Shown one piece after another: positions 51,328 through 64,000 of a stretch of DNA of 64,000 nt (its first letter is position 1; every line of letters begins with the position of its first letter). Location: positions 5,704,001 through 5,768,000 of the forward strand of contig OZ024744.1 in NCBI GenBank assembly GCA_964016885.1, in the 5' to 3' direction. The notes under the pieces were generated by a model. That model made no database searches, was not told the DNA's origin, and worked only from the letters and a program-made list of their open reading frames with translations. The translations under genes were made by a program, and so were the position numbers. The stretch comes from Eledone cirrhosa. Its lineage: Eukaryota.

Positions 51328-51620
51328 AAGTAATTCCCTCGGAAAAGTCCAGGAAAAAGAATGCTCTGTGTAGGTAACAGAGCTTAATAATTATGTAATA
51401 AACAACATAAGGCAATTATTTCATTTACCAGTGGTTTCTTAAAAGCAAAAAAAAATGTTGCTTTCAATTATCAGAATGAAAAGATCCTGGCATATTTATT
51501 GGCGTTGGATTTTAAAAACAAAAATGCAATCTATATGAAAGTGAGGTTGGAAAGGAAGAAGGAAAGGAAAAATAAAATAAAAACACACATATATATACAC
51601 ACACACACCATTATATACAT

Positions 51621-51675
<55 letters not shown>

Positions 51676-51830
51676 CACACATACATACACACACATATAC
51701 GTGTGGAACATACCAATATATGAAGTGGAACATACCAATTTTTATAATCCAAAGAGGGCTCGATAAGGATAAATATATATCAAATATATAAGAACCGTAG
51801 AGCAGATATTTATTATAATAACAGATTAAA

Positions 51831-51880
51831 GTTTAAGCAAAGAATCGCTGCTTTCACCCTTAACGGGATCTTCTGAAACT
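51831..51880 (-). ncRNA. Hammerhead-like motif with a CAGAAGA core (second copy at 43164-43212)
   Basis: agttt-CAGAAGA-t-ccc-gttaa-ggg-t-GAAA-gca..tgc-TT-aaact, followed by AATAAA. Confidence 0.5.
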
Positions 51881-52015
51881 AACAAAGTCAATCTGTAAAC
51901 GCGGAAGTGGATATTTCAAAAAACGTTGCAACCGGAGGAAGACAGGAAGACGATACTTTGGTTCGTGGAAACGTTCCCTGGCAAAGAACTGGAAAAAACG
52001 AATATAATACGTCAT

Positions 52016-52135
52016 TGTTTGAGTTCAAATCCCGCCGAGGTTAACTTTGCCTTTCATCCTTCCGGGGTCGATAGAATAAAGTACCAGTAATGCATTGGGT
52101 AATTGCTGGCCTTGTGCCAAAAGTAGAAACAATTA
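52016..52135 (+). mobile_element. tRNA/Nin-domain SINE, 5'-truncated
   Basis: B-box gagttcaaatccc plus the Nin-like core. Confidence 0.75.
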
Positions 52136-52192
52136 TTTGGAGCAGTGAAAAACAATTACACGCAAAGACAAAACCACGTTGATGAATATTCT

Positions 52193-55100
52193 ATAAAATC
52201 TTTATTGTGTTGTATCAGATGAAAGAATGGTATTTAACTAATGTATTGGTACGCGATGGGGCCCACCCACAGCCCCGGCGGACAGAATGAAGACGGCGTT
52301 TCCCCGGAGGACGGAAAGGGAGACGCACTGGAAAAGCCACTCCAACTCGCAGGGCTCACATCTGCGGCTGGCCAGCTCAGCGCCTATGGTGGTGAGTAAG
52401 GAGGTAGCCCTGGGGCCGAGGACACCAGAAGCTTCCACTGCCAAACATGTCGGAGAGCGACCGGTATTTGAGGAGTTTGTCCCCCTCAGCCCGACGTGCA
52501 GAAGAACCTGGGTCAGTCGCAAACTGCACCAGGTTGCGGCTGCAGAAAGTGTCGGTGCAAGTGGCATTCCAGACGAGGGGTTTGCCACCGCGGAACGGGA
52601 AGATGGTCATGCCATCTGGCCTTTTGCCGTCCTCTCGGCCGGCACTGTGGCGACAGGAAAGCGGGTGGAGGCCGAAAGAGTCAACGGTGGAACCGCAGCG
52701 ACATTGGTGTGGCTGGCAGATCCGGAGGCCGAGCCTCAGGGAAATGTCGATTCGCAGGCTATTCGTTGTCTAGCAGTGTGCCAGTGGAAAAGGAGGGCAG
52801 AGCATGGAACCAGGCACCACTGTGGGGTTTGGAGGCCGCACGAAAACAAGCAAGGCGGTGCTGGTCGAGCTGGCGCGTGAGCCTGTCTGAGGCCAGGCTG
52901 CACTGGATGGCATCCCAAGTGTGTTGGGGGGACTTGACGTCAATAGGGGGAGAAGGAGGAGGGACGTCTACTGGGCTAAGTCCCAGCCGGTCCCACGTCT
53001 CACAGGCGGCCTCGCGTTCTCTGAACACAGAGGGTTCTGTTGTGTTTTGAAGAACCCTGCTGACGAGGACGAGGCACGAGGTTACCGACGAAAGATACGC
53101 CGGCAAAGCTAGTGAGATCGGGGACCGGAGGCCTAGGCCGCCATACCTGACAGGTAAAGTGGTCTGTTGCCACCCTATGTCGTCAAACTTGACGATGCAT
53201 ATCTCTTCGGCTGCTGCTCGGATACAAGTATCGAGGTCAGCGAGGAGAGATGTCTGGGTGTAGCATGGAGCACTGCGGAGTGTATAGAGGAGCTTCGGCA
53301 TGGCGAAGCAGTTCCTCAGCAGAAAGAGAGCTGGGGGACCGTCAATCAAGCCCAGTCGGCTCGTGAGAGTCTGGAGCTGTTGAAGCCTGGATCTGATGGT
53401 GGAGCGGATGGCTGGCGGGTGGATCGGTGACCCCAGGATGAGGACATCCTCTTTGGGTGTCACCTGAACCTGGCGGAGAATGGACCGCACGTCCAAGACG
53501 GAGGCTGCAAAGCTCGCAGCATCGATGCTGACGTTCTCCACCTCCGACTTGGCCGAGTTGACCTGGAGGCCGATTCCCGCCAGGGCAGGAATCACCAATT
53601 GAAGGTCTTGGCAGACCGTCCGTACGGGCCCGCTCAACGTAGCATCATCCAGATACCAAACGTGGAGAGGGGCCGTGATATTCCGGGCGATGTGGTCAAT
53701 ACCAAGGGTAAACAGGATGGGTCCCAAAGGGTCGCCATGTTGGACCCCAGTAGCCGAGGGTATGACCGTATCAGTAGCTAGGAGTATGCTCGGGGCTCCA
53801 TATGACAGTAGGCCAGCGGGTAGGCTGAGGGGGCTCGGCTGAGGCAGGCCTCGAGCAGATGATCCCGGCGTAAAGAGTTAAAGGCATTCCTCATGTCAAG
53901 CTTGACAATGAGGTGCCTGGAGTCCCTGAATGCCGGTACCGATGAGCAGCTGCTGAAGAACTGCCTGATTGCATGAGAGGCTCCCTCACAGCCACCGGAC
54001 ACACCGACACCCAGTTGCACCGGACTAAACTCCTCACCCAGTTCGTGTGTGACGGACTTGCAGATCACCTTGGCAGCTAGCCTCCGGAAGGCATTGCCCA
54101 CAGCAATGGGGCGTATGCCACCCTCTTTCTTCCTGAGAGCGGTGAGTCTGGTCGAAAAAAAAAGGCCTCGGGCGTAAGGGTCGAGGGCACCATGAATGAG
54201 CCTATTGGTGAGCGCCACAATTGCACTCAGAAGGCGACGCCCGGCCTCAGCGGAGAGGGGGGATGTCAACTCCTTGAGGTGGCCTGGTCGGAGCCCATCA
54301 ACAACTCCGCAGCTGCTAGCTGGGAAGGACCTGATGGCGGACATGATATCTGCATCAGTAGCCACAAGGAGCAGGTGAGAGTCGGGTGGAGGTATGGGTC
54401 TGAGATAGTGGGTGGATCAGGGTGTTTGAGCCGCAGAACAGCCAGGATCTCCTCGGTGGGTTGGAGGACAGTGTCCTCTGAGGCAACAACTCTGACTGCG
54501 GCCGAGACATCACCCATGATAAGCTTTGCGTTTACCTGGTCACGCAAACGCTTGGCTCTGGCCTCGGGGGTGGAGGATAGGGGGTACCTGAGGGTGGGGT
54601 GTGTGGCGTCCCTGGGCACGCTTGGAATGAGCGCTCGCCCAAATGACGAGACATTGGCCTTGACGAAGGCTGCTGTTGACCGGCCGCCCCGGTCAGCGCC
54701 AGAGCTGGGGAGGCCGAGGGTGAGTGGGGCGAAATAGAACAGCCGCTCCCAGTCACTGGCTCGATTGGAGTCCAGGGCGCTCTCAATCGAGGAAGAGAGG
54801 GCATCGACTACCGGCACCCGTGCCGCTCTCAGGATCCTGAGTGGGATCTCCCGGAGCCGCCTGAGCCGAGCAATGTTGACCAGCGAGGCTCGGGCGTCAG
54901 GCAAGCTCGCTGTCCCATCTGGTGGTGTGCCAGACGGCCGTGGATGGGAAGATGTGGGGAAGAGGCAGCTCCTGCATATCCACGCTGCGAGGGCATTGGA
55001 AGCTCGACGAGTCAAGCCAACGCAGGTGAGGTGGTGGAAGCAGCCGCACCCCAAACAGTTTCAGCCCCTCTTCCGTTTGTTAGTGGTGCCGTAAGTGCTG

Positions 55101-55434
55101 CAGGTGTCGATTTGGAGGGGTAGGTGATGGGGCGTGGGGCCGGGGACTGGGGCACCGAGCGGCATCATGGGTGGGTGGCTGGTGTGTGTGGTTGGAAGGG
55201 AAAGTGCTGGTAAGAGGGCAGCATAGCTCACCTATATATATGGAGGTGCCAGAAAACGAGAGCGAAAAGGGGCTGCATGGAGGGGGAGACACAGGAAGGT
55301 AGAATGGCAGTAAATGAATGAGTGAATGGATGTACACAAAAAGGGGGGGGGAGAAAACAAGGGGTTGTTCCCAGCGGAAAGACCCAGAGTTCAGCACGCA
55401 CAGATGCGAGCAACTGAGCAGTTTGTCAAAGACG
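52193..55434 (-). mobile_element. CRE-clade non-LTR retrotransposon (PHD finger, RT, RLE), apparently with both ends, frameshifted
   Basis: GGIRPIAVG..RRL, VQLGVG..GGCE, KLDMRNAFNS, WYLDD; RLE motifs RPDG..PF..GKPLVW.AT, KLLKY, LRGNA. 7-bp TSD atattct at 52186-52192 and 55435-55441. GC-rich against AT-rich flanks. Confidence 0.9.
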
Positions 55435-56257
55435 ATATTCTCAATGGACGCACTTACAATATTTGAATATAACTGAACCGTCGTGTCATTTAATTTGAAA
55501 AGTGGAGCAAAGTAAAAGGAAAATAGTGAATTTGGAGTGTCAATCCCTTGTGTTTCTTTTTTTTTTAATTTTTAATACCGGACTTATAGTTTTCCAGGAC
55601 TTATACTAATTTTTTTTTTTTTTTTTTTTTTTTCCTTTAAAAGGATGGAGGCGTTTTATCTTCTCGAAACTGACATTACTTAATGATGTTAGTCATCTAT
55701 GGCTTATTCATGTCTTATTTCATAACTCTAGAGAACTATTAGAATGTTTGTGCAGTGTTCTGTGTCCAGCCAGGTTTGTACAACAGGTAAGAAAAATGAT
55801 GATTCGGTGACGGTTTCTTCTGATAGGAGCCTCTTCCACGTCGGAAGATCGAAGTGTGTTTTCTTATCTTTTTCAATACTTTCATAAACGGCTTCGGAGA
55901 TTTAAAACTTATGTTTCAATTGGTGCTTCCATTTCCACACGGATCTATTGTCTTATTTACAAAAATATATATTTCTATATATTTCTTTATTTCTTTCTCT
56001 TCTTTTAGTATAATATAGCGAGTTGTCACCAGTGAATTTAGACTATATGGGACTTGAATTGCCAGAATCATTAGAAAGTCAGACATGGTATAAAAGAAGT
56101 TGTAGACTAATATTCTATTAGGTGGTTCATAGAGACGTTCTCTGGCAATGAACAGAAAAAGACGAAGATAATACGTCATATGTGGAGCGCAGAGAACAAT
56201 TGAGCGCAAAGACAAAAACAAGTAAATGGTATAGCTGAAGTCGTAGACTAAAATTCT

Positions 56258-57312
56258 AACTAGGAAACCGAATGATTCTCGGCTTCAGAGTTAAGAATAA
56301 AGTAAAATAAAATACAGAGGTAATTGAAATTAAATAAATACATACACGCATCCATATACGTACATACAGAAGCATACGCGAAAACACTCGCCATAGGTAT
56401 ACAAATACACGCACATATAAATATGTGTGTGTGTGTGTGTGTGTGTGCGTGTATACAAATAATGTTTATACCATTACTTATTTGCATAGGTAAGTATATA
56501 TTACCTGTATATTTTGTGAAGATACGTATACTTTCTCGTACGTATATTTGATTGTATATGTTATGGCGTATATTTTATATATTCTGGTACATATGCTTTT
56601 GGCTATGTGTAAACGTGACTTTTGCGTCTGTGTGAGTATGCGGGTTCGTATGTATGTAGGGTGTGTGTATATGTGTACTTCGTGTTTTGGTTGACGTACG
56701 TCTCCGAACATATGTGTATTTACATGTAGGTATGTGTGTGCGCTTGTTATATACGTATTTATTTATATACGTTTATTTAATTATTTGTATACACGCACAC
56801 ACACACACATATTTATATGTGCGTGTATTTGTATACCTAAGGCGAGTGTTTTCGCGTATGCTTGTGTATGTACGTATATGGATGCGTGTATGTATTTTTT
56901 TAATTTCAATTACCTCTGTATTTTATATACTTTATTCTTAACTCTGAAGCCGAGAATCATTTGGTCTCCTAGTTACATGCGTGTTTACATATAATTAAAT
57001 AAACGTATATAAATAAATACGTATATAACAAGCGCACACACATACCTACATGTAAACACACATATGTTCGGAGACGAACGTCAACCAAAACACAAAGTAC
57101 ACATATACACACACCCTACATACGTACGAACCCGCATACTCACACGGACGCAAAACTCACGTATACACATAACCAAAAGCATATGTACCAGAATATATAA
57201 TATATACGCCATAACATATACAATCAAATATACGTACGAGAAAGTATACGTATCTTCACAAAACATACAGGTAATATATACTTACCTATACAAATAAGTA
57301 ATGGTATAAACA
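56258..57312. repeat. Interleaved inverted repeats A-B-A'-B'
   Basis: 56258-56463 is the reverse complement of 56780-56974. 56463-56783 is the reverse complement of 56992-57312. Confidence 0.85.
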
Positions 57313-57366
57313 TAACATATACTTAGCTTCCACATCAAGACGTAAAATATCCGCGTATAGTTCGTA

Positions 57367-59250
57367 TTATCCGTTAGGGTATGTGGGGATGTAATACAGG
57401 AAAGTTTTGTGCAATTTATGTTTACAAGCCGAAATTGCCTCAGATTTTTTGTTTAAGATGTGGTCTTTGGCGTAGAGTATTTCCAGGGCCTCAGCGGCGC
57501 AGAGGTCACATGTTCTTTTATTTCCGTTATACGATCTAGCCCTAGCTAGGATCTCTTATATTGGGTGTGATTGTCTTTTAGACTCCAGATATAAGCTGAA
57601 AGTGACGTCATATTCCTTCTTAAAGAGTAACGAAAAGAATGGGTATGCATGTAAAGACACTGCTTGAAACTATTGGCGGTTAACCCTATGTAGGCCCTAC
57701 GGGACGTGGGTGTTACAACCTTACATTTGTAGACAATGTTACCAGAGAGGCATTTCCCGGATAGGGGGCAGTCAACCCGATTCCTACAATTACAGTTAGT
57801 ACTAAATACAGGGTGGCATGTGTTCCTACGGCTAGGTAGTTTAGCTCAATTTGAAACTGATGTTATGTGCAAGGTTAGGAGTCGTAGAGTAAGAAATTTT
57901 AATAGTATTTCTATTAAAAATTTTACTATATTTATGTGTAGGGGGAAAATGCTTCATAATAAGGGAGAGAAAGATCTTAGCTAATGGTGTGGCCACCTTC
58001 ATATTATATGGTGGGTTATACCATATAATGCGTCGGGATCTATTTCTTCTAGGTCTATTCTCGTACTCTGTATATGCTACCTTATCGACAAATCCATTCC
58101 GAGCAAGATCTTCATTGTAATATGTGGAATGGTCGGTGAAAATATGCTCGTTTTTAGATAGACGGGAAAGCCTCAAAGAAACGTTTCTTACCAGGTTCTT
58201 GGTTATGCTGGCAGGATGGTTAGAATGCTTACTTATGTAATTAAGCGTACCATTCGGCTTTCTATACGGGTGATACACGCCATTTAATAAATTGAGGGTA
58301 ACGTCGAGGTAATTAACTATTGAGAGTTTGGCCTCAACCTGTATGGAGAGGTTGAAGCCTTTAAAGACGGATTTGAGTTCTTTTCTGAACCTGTCGCAAG
58401 CACGTGGGCCGCACTTAGTCATGGTCAAAAGACCATCATCACGGTACAAACCACCGTCCACGTTGGGGAATTCTTCCTTGATAGAGAAAAGAAGGGAAAG
58501 GCCGATAAGATCAGTAACCTCCGCAGAATCGCTGGCGCCCATACTCACGTCGAATGGGGTACTATTAGATTTTTTAATCCAAAGAGAGTCGTCGAAATTA
58601 ATCACCGATTTACGGGCATTGAGGATGACATCAACTTCGAAATCCTTAACCACTGTGAGTGTTTTAGCGAAATTGATAGCTCTAAGGGGAAGTAGTAAAG
58701 TGATGGAGGAGTAGTAATTATTGATGTCGAATTGGATAAAACGGCAATGTTCCTTGTTGCATATGCCGTTGAACCAATCAATCACCGCGAAAGAATTGTT
58801 CCACAGTGCGAGAGGGGCCAAACTTCTAATTTCAGGTATAATTCTATCAAGAATCCTTTTACTAAGTCTACCTAAATCGGACTTCGTAGGGTTAATAAGC
58901 CGAACAGATGGGTTGTTCCGAAAATTGGATTTGTGATCCTTCAGGGTAAAGTGGGGAGAAATAGAGTCCAGAGGTTCAGTCCTCTCCATGATGTTGAGAT
59001 CAGAGGTGATTTTAAACCCAAGATCGTTGATTTCATTAATGACGCACCGATTAGTTTGACGGTAATCCTTAGTTACAGGATTATGTAGCAGTTGATGGTA
59101 GGTACTGCGTTCCACTTGATATAGATTGCCAGTTTTGTCGGAATGGACGTGCACGGCATTAGCATTCTTAATAGAACGAATTCTATTCTTCAGGTCCCGC
59201 TGGGAGGAATTGCTCCTATTCCGAAATTTGATACTTCGTATGAGTTCCAA
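57367..59250 (-). mobile_element. Naiad-type PLE (RT plus GIY-YIG), 5' end replaced by the neighbouring PLE
   Basis: SDKTGNLY, LKDHK..RLINPTKSDLG, FDINNYYSSI, MGASD, GLYRDD. Manual translation gives CNC..CPL..C, YIGLT, CDLC, CKH. Confidence 0.9.
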
Positions 59251-62200
59251 GAATATAAACACACACGGCCACCCGGATGTAACACATGCGCAAACTAAGC
59301 ACATAACACACACACAAAAACAAGATGGCGTAGGACAGAACAAAGGAGAGGCACAAAAACAAAGAAAAGAATCCCCAGTCACTGAAGAGGTCACAGAATG
59401 TGTGACGAAAGAACTTTGACAATATATAAACAATCATCTGGTTGTGGAACCAACCAACCAACCGGAAATTTATAAATTCCTAAATTTATAAATTTATTAT
59501 AATAAATTGAAGTGAAAGCAATTGGTGCGTGTGTTTCCTATTGGCAATATGACCCTCCCAAAGTATAACAATATCGGTTTCAACACACGTTTTCAGATAA
59601 AGAATCTTGCTAAACAAATTCAGAAACGAAATATCGTAAGCCTTAGCCAGGCTAACAAGATAGTGAAAACCACCATGTTCTGTTGTCTACGAAAAACAAT
59701 AACATATCGACAACTACACTTCATAAAAGAATGTGCCTCGTCCCGAGTTTACACCAACACCATCAACACCGATGTAAGAAGATTACAGCTCACCAAAAAG
59801 CAAGCAGATAGGCTAAAACGAACACTAATTCTAAACATAAAAAAGAAGATTTATAGAGAATTAAGTCATCAAGAAAAACATAAGCGTAACCTATTACAAG
59901 AAATAACTAAGATCACCACACCAAGAGAAAAATTAATATTTATAAACCTTATATGTCCTGAAGAAAAGTACATTGTTCAAGAATGTGACAAGCACTTTAA
60001 CAAGAAACTAAAGTGGCTCAAACAGATAAAACTAAATCAAGATACTTTAGAGAATATCAATAGATATCCCGACAAAAGTGACGGTGTAAATATGGCCGAC
60101 ATCTCATTAACAGATGAATTCAACAACAACAACACAAATATATACGGCAACACTACGGTCGACTCTGATGAACTATCCATATTACAACTACCACCTAAGT
60201 ATGCCACATTTAATAAGGTAAATATGATTAAATGCTTGTCAGAAATAGAAAAATCATTTACAAAAGTACGTTGGAGCCTCAAAAACAAAAACAAAAACAA
60301 AAGTAACGACATACGCACACACACACACATATACAACACACATCCCAACAATAACAGACATACAGACACAAACAACAATAACAACACACACATCAACAAT
60401 AATAACATACTCAGAAACAACAACAACAGACACGCAGACACAAACAACAATAACAACACACACAACAATAATAACATACACGGAGACAACAACAACAACA
60501 CACATCAACAACAGCACACATCAACAACAACAACAACAACAACACACACACACACATTCAATGCCTCTCACCACCACCACAATCTTAACAATCACACAGA
60601 CACAGAAAACAGGTAATGACAGTAGCACAGAAATAGGGGAAGGTAATAGGATTGAAAGGAGAAGGGAGACTATGGACAGAGAAAATAACCAGGACGAACA
60701 CACAGACACACAAAATAGAGTAGATAATAACAATGAGCCAGAGGAAAGAGACAGGAGTAATAATGAGAGACATAGAAACAACCATGCGGCTGTTGGTGGA
60801 AATAGAAATAGAAACAACACAACTAACAATAACAATAGCACTAGTACACATAAAGCAGCAGCCTGGAACTCTACTTTTTATAATCCCTCCGATAAGTCGT
60901 TCGACCTGCGACGAGTCCACGCCACGACTTTAGCTTTTAACAAACGCACGCAATTGCTGTCAGGTCGATGAACAAACAGAAGCACAATTTAGTATAACTA
61001 GATCTAAACTTAGAAATATTATAGAACAGTAGCAAGAAGCATAATAGAATGGAGGCCCAGCAACTGGGCGTAAAATCTGAAAATGGCTTGCGTAAGCTCA
61101 TGCAGCGCTCGCGTAATGGAGAGATAGCATGCTTTCCAACAGACAAGTCTGGCAGAATGTCGGTTGACAGCCTGCCAAACTACATCCAGGCAATGCAACC
61201 CCACATCACTAACACAAGAAAAGTAACACCACAAGAGCATGAGGATAGAGAAAAAGCCCTCAATGCCCATATGATGATGTGGACAAATATAATGCAGCCC
61301 AACAAAAGGACTGCCAACAACTTCCAGGCCTGGAACAATGACGTACCAGCGTTGTATGGGCTTCGAAAAGACCATAAAACGAGCAGTGACCCTGCCACAG
61401 GACCACCAACACGGCCAGTCTGTGGAGCTAACATTGCTAGTAACTACAGACTGTCCTACTTCCTCTCCCTGATCATACGCCCAATTATTGAAATGTCCCC
61501 AGATGTATGTGACAGCACGGAGGATCTCCTCAGCAGAATCGGCGAGAGTAACCGATCTAGGGAGTTAACAAACTGCTTAATAGGTAGTATAGATGTTGTA
61601 TCCCTGTATCCATCTATTGACGTGGATTCTGCTGTGGAGAAATGCGTAGAAATGATCAGTGAGAGCAATGTTGAGTTCCGTGGGATTGATACCAGTGAGC
61701 TGGGACTCCTACTTAAACTTACCTATAGTAATAATTATCTAGATACATATGAACTTAGCAACCTGTGCCCTACAAATCCAGCAAGAGGCAGACCACCTAC
61801 CATTACCTCAATGGCCAAGAAAACCCACACAGATAGATGAAACGGGTGGACGAGAACCATATGGACCCCCGAAAACCACGATGAACTAAAGAAAATTATT
61901 GCACATGCGGTGGGGGCCAGCATAGAATTAACCCTTAAGGAACATATGTTCAAATTTAATGGAAAAACATATGCCCAAGAGGAGGGAGCAGCCATTGGTG
62001 TTAGCATTGCAGGCGACATAGCTAACCTATTTATGGTATGGTGGGACAGTAGACTTAAACTTAAACTTAAAGAACAATTAGAAGACCCTCAACCCTGATA
62101 ATGAACTCCCGCTACGTTGATGATATAAACATCGTCGTAAAAACACCCCCACTAGAGAACAGTCAGGAATTAGAGAAAAACACAATGGAAAGCATCCAGC

Positions 62201-63696
62201 AAATAGCTAACATCATCCACCAGAGTATTAGAGTTACTATAGACTACCCAAGCAAACACCCTAACCATCGATTACCTGTACTAGACACAGAGCTCTGGTT
62301 AGATACCATTAATAACAAAAAACAAATCCTCCATTCCCATTATGCCAAACCCATGACTTCCAAATATCTGATCCACCGAAACTCAGCTGTTTTGGACCAT
62401 ACCAAAATCAACATACTGATTGCGGATTTGGTACGAGTGATGAGAAACATGTCCCGTATATGCAACCCTGAAGAACTAGAGAGACACATACAACACTTCA
62501 TCCACCGTATGCAGTTATCTGGTTACAATCAGAGAGATAAAATCAGAGTATATAGAGGAGCCAGAACCAAATGGGAAAAAATGGTAAATAATGACACAAA
62601 TGGGACCTGCCCCTTGTATAGGAGCAAATTTTGGAATAGAATAGAAAGAACTAGGAATAAGGTTAATAGAATAAACTGATGGTATGATAGCAATAAATAC
62701 CAGAGTGTAATGTTCATCGATACAAGCCCTAGAGGTGAATTATCTTACAAATTTAGAGGGCCCTAGATAAACATAAACTCAATATTAAGATAGTAGAAAG
62801 ACCATGTACCTCCATAAAAAGACTTATTAGCAATACATACCCTTTTCAAAGACCTCCCTGTATAGATAATACATGTATAATCTGTAAATTAAGCCTCCAT
62901 ATTAACTGTAAAACTAGAAATGTAGTATATAGCATAAGATGTACTGAAGGACAATTTAAAGATAAAAATATAGTGTACATAGGTGAGACAGCTCGTAGTA
63001 TAGGGGAACGGATAAATGAACACTGGCGAGACCTTCAAGATGGTAAAGAATCGTCTGTACTCTACCAACATGCTAAAATAGAACATACGGGTAAATTAGA
63101 GAACATAGAAATAAAAATAGAATCTACACACAGAAAAGACGCAATGTTTAGACAAATCACAGAGGCAATAAACATAAATGAACTCCAAACAAAATTAAAT
63201 AGAAAACAAGAATGGAACAGCAACATCACAACTTACAATTAAGGACAAAATGAAAACACACACGCACATAGAACAAACAACCAACCAGTAACATGCAAAT
63301 AAACAAATAAATAAATGAATATAAACACACGCGGACACCCGGATGTAACACATGCGCAAACTAAGCACACAACACACACAAAAAAACAAGATGTCGTAGG
63401 ACAGAACAAAGGAGAGGCACAAAAACAAAGAAAAGAATCCTCAGTCACTGAAGAGGTCACAGAAAGTGTCACGAAATTTCTTTGACAATATATAAACAAT
63501 CATCTGGTTATGGAACCAACCAACTGGAAATTTATAAATTCCTAAATTTATAAATTTATTATAATAAATTGAAGTGAAAGCAACTGGTGCGTGTGTTTCT
63601 TATTGGCAACATAACCCTCCCAAAGTATAACAATATCGGTTTCAACACACGTTTTCAGATAAAGTATCTTGCTAAACAAATTCAGAAACGAAATAT
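59251..63696 (+). mobile_element. Full-length Penelope-like element with ~380-bp direct pseudo-LTRs (59251-59634, 63317-63696); ORF 59549-63242 disrupted
   Basis: PTDKSG, LRKDHK, TRPVCG, SIDVVSLYPSID, GAAIG, RYVDD, LPVLD, YIGETARS. The pLTR overlaps the ORF start; 3' end at (TA)n. Confidence 0.9.
59378..59420 (+). ncRNA. Minimal type I hammerhead in the 5' pLTR (degenerate copy at 63444-63486)
   Basis: gtca-CTGAAGA-g-gtcaca-gaatg-tgtgac-GAAAG-AA-CTT-tgac. Confidence 0.75.
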
Positions 63697-64000
63697 ATAT
63701 ATATATATATATTGAAGGATGAGTATTTAAACTTTATTTTATTCAGAGTTAAGGCTCTATTGATTTTTCCATGGATTTCACAAAATTCTATGGATAAATC
63801 TATGTATTGATTTTTTTGTAATTGAGTTTGAATTATTTTCCCACATCTTACGTTAAATATTTTCCATTTTGACCTTATAGTCACTTATATATTATGAAAT
63901 ACTGTTGGCTTCACGCTCACAATAATTTCTATACTTTCATTTATATATATATATATATATATATGCAAAAGTTTTATTTAAAATTGTTGGGTTACAACGA

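Noticed and set aside
52238-55094. Multiple long + strand ORFs over the CRE element
   Set aside because: They are antisense shadows of a GC-rich coding strand and have no recognisable motifs.
57841-59433. 530-aa ORF as an intact protein
   Set aside because: It is chimeric: the first ~60 aa are the antisense pLTR of the adjacent + strand PLE, and GIY-YIG lies in another frame. ORF 33013-33771 similarly starts within an inverted pLTR.

Overview
An almost gene-free, AT-rich animal genomic window made nearly entirely of nested retroelements and microsatellites. The host is probably a cephalopod such as Octopus, inferred only from a tRNA-head/Nin-domain SINE and the repeat make-up. Two insertion regimes alternate. 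(1) (ATGT)n tracts at 1-9.6 kb and 23.5-30.6 kb hold RTE/BovB LINEs and their non-coding bipartite derivatives on +, with an R4/Dong LINE family on - whose ends repeatedly abut (ACAT)n. (2) (TA)n tracts at 9.6-22.4 kb and 30.6-64 kb hold Penelope-like elements (PLEs: three Naiad-type, one Neptune-type, two others) and many short ORF-less modules. A CR1-group LINE and a TSD-flanked CRE LINE with an N-terminal PHD finger are also present. All retroelement ORFs are disrupted. The main hidden signal is RNA: read by eye, the window holds about 25 type I hammerhead ribozyme (HHR) motifs or half-motifs from about 14 sequence families. The best candidate for an undescribed system is a non-coding ~319-nt tandem-repeat HHR family at 41.7-43.0 kb, with copies at 17.8 and 21.9-22.3 kb. 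It looks like a PLE-mobilised non-LTR retrozyme: its stems covary, its core switches between C3-G8 and the compensated U3-A8 pair, and it has a fixed 3' end at (TA)n. Several long palindromes fold back exactly inside HHR stems. All structures were folded by hand and no ribozyme activity is demonstrated.
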